NCBI GenBank assembly: GCA_012295275.1
Contig: CM022670.1
Coordinates: 29,202,001 to 29,266,000 of the forward strand
Direction of reading: 5' to 3'
DNA from: Chrysomallon squamiferum
Taxonomy: Eukaryota; Animalia; Mollusca
DNA: 64,000 bases
The notes below the pieces were generated by a model. The model saw nothing but the letters and a program-made list of their open reading frames with translations, did no database searches and was not told the DNA's origin. How positions within the stretch are numbered: position 1 is the first letter of the stretch; every line of letters starts with the position of its first letter. Shown piece after piece: positions 54,111-64,000 of this stretch. Made by a program: the position numbers and the translations under genes.

Positions 54111-57100
54111 ATGAGGAGTCGAAGTAATTCTGGACTTCGACTTGATTATTATCAGAGGCTAGTAAACAGAAGTCTACTCAAGTATCAGGTCTGGTTTGCC
54201 TAAGGCTAATAGCTGCACATTTGTACATATTTTAAAACCTATTGTGAAGAATTTAACAAGTATAATTTACAGCAAAAAGAAAAATAAATACATTGTAACA
54301 TTGTTATAATAACAAAAATACAACATCTTGTGAAACAAAAGAAAATATAATATTTAAGATTCCATCATTTAACATAATAAACTTTTATTTGTCAGTGTAG
54401 TGTCTGCAACTCTATAATAAATTAATAGTAATTTCAGGCCAAGCACCTTGCACATTGATATTTAACATTCTGTTACATTGCCAATGTGTTGTTGTCGTTA
54501 ATCACCCGCAGCAGACAGCCTGATCATCATTAGATAATTAAATAAAAGTATGTGTTGGTGTTATAATAACCAAGAAGCACCTTCTCAACTTTTTTCCATC
54601 TTTTTTCAGAATGCGGCAACAGGTTTATTTTCTGCAAGTGAAACAAATAGCCATGCATGGGTACGAGATAATTTGTACATCATTATGTCAGTGTGGGGTC
54701 TTGCCCTTGCCTACAGAAAGACAGCTGATCTGGATGAGGATAGAGCTAAAGCATATGAGCTGGAACAGGTGAATATGATATGCAGAAATCATTTATTAAA
54801 TTTATCAGATATATTATGTATATATCTGTGTGTTTGTGTGTTTATATCATACGGTATAAAATAATACATGTAACTTAGTCTAGCAAAATAATATTTTTAT
54901 TTTTTATTTATACATTATAGCTTATAAATATAGCCTAGCAAAATAAATGTCATGTAATATTTAAATTTCAATCAAAGTGAAAAGTATATCACAAAGATTA
55001 TGTTATTGTTATTATTATTTTATTATCATTATTATTATTAATATTTTTAATATTTTTTATTATTAGTAATATTTAAATATTACTTCTTTTTTTTACATTT
55101 TATTATTTTTATTTATTTATTTATTTTTGTTTAACTTTTTATTGTTATTATTGTTCTTGAAGCAGTCTGGTGTGTCCTTTATGTGTCGGATGTATTATTT
55201 GCTTTTAATTAGCATTTATTCACAGATATTGTTATCATTTTTACCATTGTTTTCATTCATTATTCCCAAATCTGTTTGCTATGTACATTTTTAATTTTTT
55301 TTGTTTTTTTTTGTTATCTTATTTACATTTAAATTTCCAAACACAGAAACAAAAAATTAAGTCTTTTTTTCCTTTTTTTTGGGGACATGTAATTTCAGTC
55401 TGTTGTGAAAGCAATGCGAGGTCTTTTGCACAGTATGATGTTACAGGTGGATAAGCTCGAAGCTTTCAAATACAGTCAAAACCCCAAAGATGCTCTGCAT
55501 GCTAAGTATTGCAGTTTGACAGGAAAAGCAGTTGTGGGTGACTATGAATGGGGACATCTACAGATTGATGCTACCTCTCTTTATCTTTTGACACTGGCTC
55601 AGATTACAGCATCAGGTAACAACTTTTAAAAATTGTAAAGTATAATAATAATGTAATAGAATTATGATCTCATCATGTAAGTAACACAGAAAAAGTTGCA
55701 TTTATTGATTAGATCTGAAGCTTTCTTAGCAGATATATAACTTTCATAAAATTAACTGAAGATGTTTTACATTTTTTATCACAGGCCTTCAAGTTGTGTA
55801 CACATTGGATGAAGTGGCATTTGTGCAAAATCTTGTGTTCTATACAGAAAGTGCTTACAGAACTCCAGTAAGTATCTTTTTTCAGTAACTTTCGAGATGA
55901 AAATTGACATGGTTTCTTTGAAATATTGTGAAATCCAAATCATGTAATATTTATCACTTAATAAATAAAATTCTAAAATGACAGTCAAGACATGGAAATT
56001 CTAAAAACAAATTTCAAGTTTCCATTCATAAGGTCATATAATTGTGATATTAATGTTGTCTATGACATCATTCTCTAATCTGCAATATAAGATTATGCAA
56101 GTTGAATTCTTGTAATTGTTTTCTTTTACCTTATTGCAGATGATATTTACAGATAGAGTATTGATTTTAGATGTGCAATCATAGATTTGTTTCTTCTTTT
56201 TCAATTGTTTAGGATTATGGTGTGTGGGAGAGAGGAGACAAAACAAATCATGGACTTCCTGAACTGAACTCCAGCTCTATTGGAATGGCAAAGGTAATTT
56301 GAATTACTTAACTGTTTTATAAACTCCTGAAGTTATTCATCTTGTTCAAAATTTATTTACATAGGAGAAATATATTAACAATAATTATTCTTTCAATATC
56401 AAATGGCAAAAATTTATTGCTGATTAAATTTAATTCATAATATCAAATATTTGTTTTAAAGACACAAATACACCATGATCATGATACCAATTAAAAAAAA
56501 AACGTTTCAGAATCAGTTATATATTTCAGTTATATGTAAAATGAAATCATATGCTGAAATTTCATTTATTAAAAAATGCTACAAACTTTTTATTCCAACC
56601 CAACCCATGGTATTTTAAGTAAGTAAACTATAATTTGTATTTCAGTCAGCTCTAGATGCCATAAATGGACTTGATTTGTTTGGTGCACTTGGTGGTCCTG
56701 CTTCAGTCATACATGTCCTTCCGGATGAGGCTCAACAATGTCAGGTTAGGCTCTACTTAGTATTATCTTACACTTACTGATAAGTGATTTAATAACGGTC
56801 AAATGTTTATGTTTAATATTTATTATAATGAAAACAATAATTAATTACAGTGATATTGCTGCTATACATTTTATAGATGTAAAAGTTTAATAGATCACCA
56901 ATTAATTGTAGTTCTTCTAGCCTCTTGTTGCCTAATATTTGAATAAAATAATGCTGTCTGATTTTAACACGTTATTTTACACTTTTGAAACCACAAATAT
57001 TTATCATGATTTAAAAAAATTCTGCTGAAATATGGTATGTAAGATTATTCTAAAAAAAGATTTTACAATCTTGAATCTCAGCCTGAACATGCTATATGCT

Positions 57101-60100
57101 AGTATGACATTAATGTGAATCTTTTTTTATTATTTCATAAATTTTGTAAATGAAAAGTTATCAACATTAGATATTTCTTCTTCGATTTTAGGCCATTCTC
57201 CATTCCATGCTTCCCAGAGAATCTAATTCAAAAGTAAGAGTGTGTCTTTTTTTTTTTTAAACTGAAGAAAAAAAACCCTGAAGAAAAAGAATATTTTTTA
57301 CAAATTCAACTCATCAAACACATTTAAAAAACACCCTGAAACAAGATAATTACTACGTAGGTCTTTCTGATTAGAACAAACTGCTTCAGCAGTTTCCAAA
57401 AATTAAATTATAAACATTCCTAGGTTTGTTTTTTATTATGGTGCCCTTGTAATCACAGTTCATTTTTCAGCATATCTTCCATAAGCAGTTCATCAAAGTT
57501 CTCATTGTAATTAATTCCTTACTGATCAAATGTACAAAATGTAAAATTTAATTCTTCAGGAATATAGTCTAATAACTAATAATAATATTAAAGATATTTT
57601 TCAGAATAAATGATATTTAATTAAATATTCTGTATTACTTTCGTTTATAGATTTGTTAACAATAGCATATGTTTAAAACATTAACACATGTTCTTTTTGT
57701 TTCAGGAAATTGATGCTGGTCTGATAGTTACAATAGGTTATCCAGCATTTGCTGTGGATGATGTAGAAATCATCAATGAAACTAGAAAAACAATTGTTGA
57801 TAAACTAGAGGTTAGCTCCTATAGTTGTGAACAATTTAATTAATTTTTTTTATATCACAGATTTAAAAAATATATAGGAACTCAGATATTTTGTGAGTGC
57901 AAAGTAAGAAGTTTTTATTGAGATATTAAAGTTTCACCATTTCATCTGCTCTAATGATATTAATTAAATAAATTTAAAAACACTGATTTAATAAAGATTA
58001 TATTTTTATCTTTTTTATCCAATTTATTATATGTTTTACTTGTATAAATTTTTGTCACTTTTATCATTTCTTTATAATGTGACATATTTCAGGGTAGATA
58101 TGGCTGTTGCAGATTTCTGCGAGATGGCTACAAAACTGTCCGAGAGGTCAGTAAAAGAATAAAAAAAATTAAAATATAATTTAAATTAGATGCTGATTTT
58201 TGATAAATTATATATTATTTATTAACCTGTCCAATTGCTTTCATTTTACTTCAATCATCCATTTTAAAGGTTCTCATAAATACATTATTCTAAATTACTT
58301 TTTTTTTATATTCTTGGCTGACAAAAGGATCCAAATCGTCTTCACTATGAGCCTTCAGAGTTAAAGGTTTTTGAAAACATTGAATGTCAGTGGCCATTGT
58401 TTTTTGCCTACTTCATCCTTGAAGGATTATTCCGAAATGACAGAAAACAGGTATAAAGAAATGATTAGCAAGTATTTTCAGTGTTGTAAGTTCAAAGCTT
58501 TTTGATTACTAGTAAATATAGAAATGTGGTTATAAATCACATAAACTGAAATGCCAAAGTCATTATTTTAGTCAAACATGTAATGAATCATGTCCTTAAT
58601 ATTGTTGAGGATTTTGTTTTCATACTAGCTTACTAATTTTAATTGAAAATACAACAGTTATTTGTAGTTTTTAAAATAAAAACCCAACAAACTGTAAAAC
58701 ATGTTACAAAAAGGATTGTCTTACAGGTTGAGGAGTATAGACAGAAACTGGATGAAGTCATCCTGAAATCAGATGATGGTATCCCTTATCTCCCAGAACT
58801 GTACTATGTTCCTGCTGAAAAGGTGTGTTACAAAGAATCTGACCACAGTGTTATCAAAAAGACAAATACAAAAATTACATTTCTATTAAAAAGTTTTTCT
58901 GTTCAGCAATTTATTAATAATACAGTTTAAAAATCATGCTGTTACGAAAATTAAATTTTACAAAACATTTTTATATTCTTATGTTTCTGATAATTATTCA
59001 GAGTGTTTTTCTTTTTTATTAGTCTTTGACAAATGAATTTACAATTAATCCACAGATTTAATGCAGTATAGTTTTTGTTATTTTTAGGTACAAGCAGAGT
59101 ATGAACACCCTAAAAGTCAAAAACGATTACCAGGAGGTAAAATGCCTCACATGTGGGGACAGTCTATGTACATACTTGGCAGATTACTCTATGAGGTATT
59201 GTAATATGATTCTGTAACTAGATTATACAACAGTGTTAATCATTATTTGATAATATAAGTATTTAGTTAATTAACTATGTAAACAAATTATCATTTTTTT
59301 CTTTAAAAATTCATATATTACTGGTTACAGGATGCAACGTTCAATTTCTTTTCATTCTAAATATTTCTGAAAGCATCATTACTAATTTGTTTAAATTTGA
59401 TAATTTAAGTCAAATAATATTTTGATTTAAGTCTTCTATAGTCTATTTTTGTTGTTAATGTTAACTTGGTGATCTATTATATTCATCACATTCTTTGTTT
59501 TAGGGATTTTTATCACCAGGAGAACTGGACCCCCTTAATAAGAGATTAGTTTTGGAGTCCAAGCCAGACATTGTTGTTCAGGGTAAGAAGCCACACACTG
59601 TATTTTTAATTTATTTACATCTTAACCTGATCTCTCTGTATGTAGTAGCATTTCTTCCCACCTTTGTGAATTGAGCTCTTCATTTTAAAAATTGCAAATT
59701 ATTCTGACTTTTCCTATTATTGTTTACATAAAAGAATATATTTATAACATACTTTTTTCTACACAGAAATGAAGTAAAAAATATTAGTTTGCCAGTTTAC
59801 TGTTTTATTTTGCTGGCTTTTAAATTTTATTATATTCTTTTTTTCCTCCTGTTGTAGTTGTCATTCTAGCTGAAGATTCTTTTATTCGGGACCAGATTCA
59901 TGCACATGGAATTGATATTGACACTGTAGCCCAGGTGGCTCCTATAAGAGTCTATCCTGCACATGTACTTAGCCAGATATACTCTCTCCTTGGTGAGACT
60001 ATTTAGTATAGTCTTTGGTAAATCTTCACTGAAACATAAACTTATGAGTCTGTTTTAAGAAATATTAAATACTTACTTTCCAGTTATTAGAAGAAAGAAA

Positions 60101-62921
60101 TTTACAGTTCCCAATTTTTCCTGGAGTATGATACACAAGTTGTTTTCATATTTAATATTTTATGAAAGAACATTTCTGGTTTTCTGGTGAAAATATTTTT
60201 GTAGGGCTGTGCTTATTATGTTCGTTAGAAAACAGAAATGCATATAATATACAGTCTGTGTATCCGCCATGTTCACAAACCTTTAGAAATATTCCAGGAA
60301 AAAGTACTTGTAATCAGACAGATAAACTGAACATGTGAGATGTATCATTTTTGAAATTGTTTTAAAATTTCATAAACAAAATTTTTGAGGTAGTTTTAAA
60401 AAAAAAATTAATATTGTTCCTATTCTTTATTTGATAATGTAGCACAGTATTTAGATTTGTACTATTGTTATATTTCTTGAATATGATATCATATTTCAGG
60501 CAAAAACAAAAGGCTTGGACTAACAGGAAGGCCTTCAAATGAGATTGGTATCTTAGCAACCAGCAAGCTGTATTCTCTGAAGGATCAAACCCTAGCTTTT
60601 ATACCACAGGTACAGCAGCACTTGATTGTTTTTGTTATTCATGCTACATAGATAATAAATATAAAATTAAAACACATAGAAATTCACTTATTTAAAATCC
60701 TTGTATCAGGGGAAACAATCATATATTACATGTAACATTCACAAGTACCTGGCATAGAAAGTGATGTATATTTAAAAGACAAAATAAATAAATAAATAAA
60801 TACATAAATAAAAAAGAAATATTATTAAATATATTTTTATTTTGGGGTCTGAGATTCCTGAATTGTGGTTAATTGATTGTCAACAAATATTCAGTACTTG
60901 TTTATGGTAATGGAATCTTATCTTTTTAAAAAAAAATTGTTGAACTTCTAATTTAAGTATGCTTCTTTTTTTTTCTTTTAATGTTTGCATCAATCAATTT
61001 AAAGTTCAGTTACATATTGTATTGTAAATCTGAAGACTACAGTGGATGCATACATACACAGAAAATTAGTTTTGCATTTTCTTTATTTTAATTAATTTCC
61101 TAAAAAGATTTTGAATTTTTCTTTTCTTTTATTTCTTTTATGTTCAAACATAATTTTTGTAATATTTTAGTATAAAGTTTTAAGATATAAAGTTTTTGTT
61201 ATGTATTATATCAATGTGATGTTTTATTTGATTATTGCTGATTTAGTTCACTACTGATTAAAACTTCTGTATTAATGTTAATTGTGTACTAACATTACAT
61301 GCTGCTGTATTGTACTTTGTAAGTTGTATTTTCTGAATGGGCTGACTATAATAGCAGTACATGTGTGTTGCATGTACAGATTGCTAATCTTATAAGAATT
61401 ATCAGTGTAATTATGCTGCATTTCAGAAGAGTGAAACCTTGATAATCATAACATTGAATTATTGCATATCAAAAATGTTTGCTGAGAAACAGTTTTGGCT
61501 TCAATGAAGTTTCATAGAACCCATGCAGAAAATACAATTTATTTATTTGTAAAAATTATTATATATATGTGTGTAATGTGAAAAGGCATTGATCATTGAT
61601 CAGTGAACGTATTTAAATGTGTATTACAATCTGAAATATACAGTTATTGTGTTCTGATTAACAAGGTCTCACATACTGCTGCTCATCAGTTGATATTTGA
61701 CCAGCTGAGTGTGTGCATATCACTTGTCTTAAAAATTAGAACATTATTATATTTCTTTTTATGTTTAAAAAATAAATAAAATAATTATATATTATCATAA
61801 TATTCATAGAATAAATTCTGACAGTCAAAACCAAAAGAATAGCCTTAAAATATGTAGAAGCTCAGAACATATGTAATTTAGAGATACTAGTACAAACATA
61901 AATAAAAATAGACAAAAATAGTTCATGATAAATTTCTTTTTCACATTTATCAGTTTCGAAAAATACATTCATATTGTAATTAAATATAATAATTATCTAT
62001 AAAGTCTAATCAGATATCACTCTTAATTCCTAGAATTTTTCTGTTTGGCATTATTGAAGTTTAAGTAGGTACCTGATGGCTCATGCTTTGTCAGTAATCA
62101 CTTAGATGTAAGGAAAGTGTCTAGCAAAATCACATTATATATATATATATATGTGTGTGTGTATAAAATAACATTTTGCTGAAAACAGGACCAGTGTCCC
62201 ATCCATTGCTAGCAAACCTGATGTTAAGAATTCCACGCAGATCGTTTTACATTTTTAACTGAGAACATTATTTATTTGTTTTCACCTTAATTTTTAAATT
62301 TAAACATATTTCTTTCAGTTTTATTTTCATATTATCTATAATGCTGTTGATAAAAATGTTCAGCTTAGTTTTAAGACTAGTTTGCTTTTTTTGAACTACC
62401 TTTTTTAAAGTTTTATATGTTAAATGAGGTTATTTTTTAGACTGTATTAGATATTAAATTATGCTTTTGGTTGTCATTAAGTTTCTTGTGGAATTTGTGC
62501 AGTTCAGTGCTATCTGAATTAATTTCTTTCATATATAAAAATCTTGATTCTTAGCTTTGTTAATAATTTTAAAATAATTATTAAGTAATTGTTTTAATAA
62601 TCATTACCCATTAAGCTTTATGGTCAGAGTTAAATGTTAATATCTCATAAAATGTCTAATAAACTCAGTGAATTCAAAGTTAACATATATTATAAAAAAT
62701 ACTGATTCTCATTAGTTAGGGATATTGTTAAAAAACAGAAAACTGAAACATGTTTTAAATAAAATTTGTTTTTGTTTTGCTGTATAAATTTACTTCCATT
62801 CAACTTATAAAGTTTGCCCAGGGATTAAATATAAGCAAGGTAATTGAGTGGAGAAGAAGTTCAGAGGAAAAATAGAAATCAATTTATTAAATTGTATTAA
62901 TTGTCTGAGGAGTCACTTATT

Positions 62922-62971
<50 letters not shown>

Positions 62972-63327
62972 GTATTTAATGAATAGCTATCATTTTACTA
63001 GTTATTCACTGATCTTTGCAAAGTCATAAAATACATGTAGATGGATAATTAATTATGTTTTGTAATGTTGTTATAATTTTATATTTCATTGTGTAATGAA
63101 ATATGCTAGTAAAGCACTGTGTTTACACATGACTGAAGATTGAAGATGTTTTATATATATGTATATATATATATATCAACAGTTCTTGGATCAGCATCAT
63201 TTCTATCTCCCATTAGACGTGGATTTCTTGGTTGACCATTTCAAAACAGATGCCGAATACCTGTCCCGCAATTGGCAGATTCTTGGCCGACCTACAATGA
63301 TCTTTGCCCTCTCAAAACAGATGTTAG
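54111..63327 (+). CDS. PHKA: Phosphorylase kinase regulatory subunit alpha, first 16 coding exons (~571 aa), 3'-partial
   Basis: Exons 54111-54188, 54610-54768, 55399-55615, 55785-55867, 56213-56293, 56646-56744, 57192-57233, 57706-57810, 58093-58146, 58328-58450, 58727-58822, 59088-59195, 59504-59582, 59858-59992, 60500-60609, 63183-63327, all GT-AG and in phase. Starts [14 protein letters not shown] (alpha-specific). Contains [70 protein letters not shown]. Confidence 0.96.
61334..61444 (+). repeat. 111-bp direct repeat, copy 2 (PHKA intron 15)
   Basis: Matches 53856-53966 in the same orientation. Confidence 0.9.
62924..62970. repeat. (TG)n microsatellite
   Basis: Read directly from the sequence. 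Confidence 0.95.
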
Positions 63328-64000
63328 GTGTGCAGGTTGCCTCTCAGACCTTTTTAACAATGTGGTGGTTTGTGTAGCACTAATTTTCTTTTAACATCCA
63401 GGCTTTTCCTTTCTAATGTCAGTGTTTTCTTTTTAAAGCACATATTAGCATGATTTGTAGTTGTTGTTTGCTGGCACGTGTCGTTATTTTTATGTAAAGA
63501 AAACAGTTTTTCACATGATCAGTCAAAGAAGGTTGATGTCAGCATTTCAAATATTGTCAGATATGTAACTCTTTCTATACACAAAAGAGAGAATAGTAGT
63601 CCTGATTCCAAACTGAATCTTTATTATGAATTTATTTTATTTTTACCCATCAAAACAGAGTTTTCTAATTCTTGTATTATTTTTTTCTTCCTTTAAATTT
63701 ATTAAAATAAAAATAAAAAATAAAAAATGTTAGAATGTATTTATAACTGAACTACAAAAATATTCAAATACATTGTTCTGATAAAAAAAAAAATGAAAAA
63801 AATATCAGTATGTGTTATTATATGATACTTATCTGCTTTGAAGTTGCTTTAAAATTACGTCTAAATGTGTTTAAGCCTATAAAACCATGCTAGCTTTGCC
63901 TCTGCACTAACTGAATCTGTAAAAAAAAAAAAAAAAAAAAAAAAAATTAAAAATAAAATTAAAAATTAAAAATAAGGAAGAAATATATGATTTTCTTTGT

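Overview
AT-rich, intron-rich eukaryotic genomic DNA from an invertebrate animal, probably a lophotrochozoan or mollusc (inferred from composition, intron sizes and protein divergence). I reconstructed five spliced genes by hand, each with GT-AG junctions and consistent reading phase. (1) An OTUD4/ALG13/ovarian-tumour-like Tudor protein on + (exons 4174-23412, N-terminal part not found in the window). (2) A 22-exon class V P4-ATPase (ATP10-like) on - (48187-35213). (3) COMMD8 on +, head-to-head with the ATPase. (4) UQCRQ on -. (5) The first 16 coding exons of phosphorylase kinase alpha (PHKA) on +. Three DNA-transposon derivatives have recognisable ends: a Tigger/pogo-type MITE, a Sola2-like foldback with ~600-bp arms, and a piggyBac-like remnant at the centre of a palindrome. 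The two best leads are a cluster of eIF4E-binding-like, PPRF and PAM2 motifs in the tail of the OTUD4-like protein, and a flippase with an intact catalytic core but four substitutions in conserved signature motifs. No prokaryotic features, CRISPR arrays, rRNA or tRNA were seen. Family assignments come from recalled motifs, not database searches.
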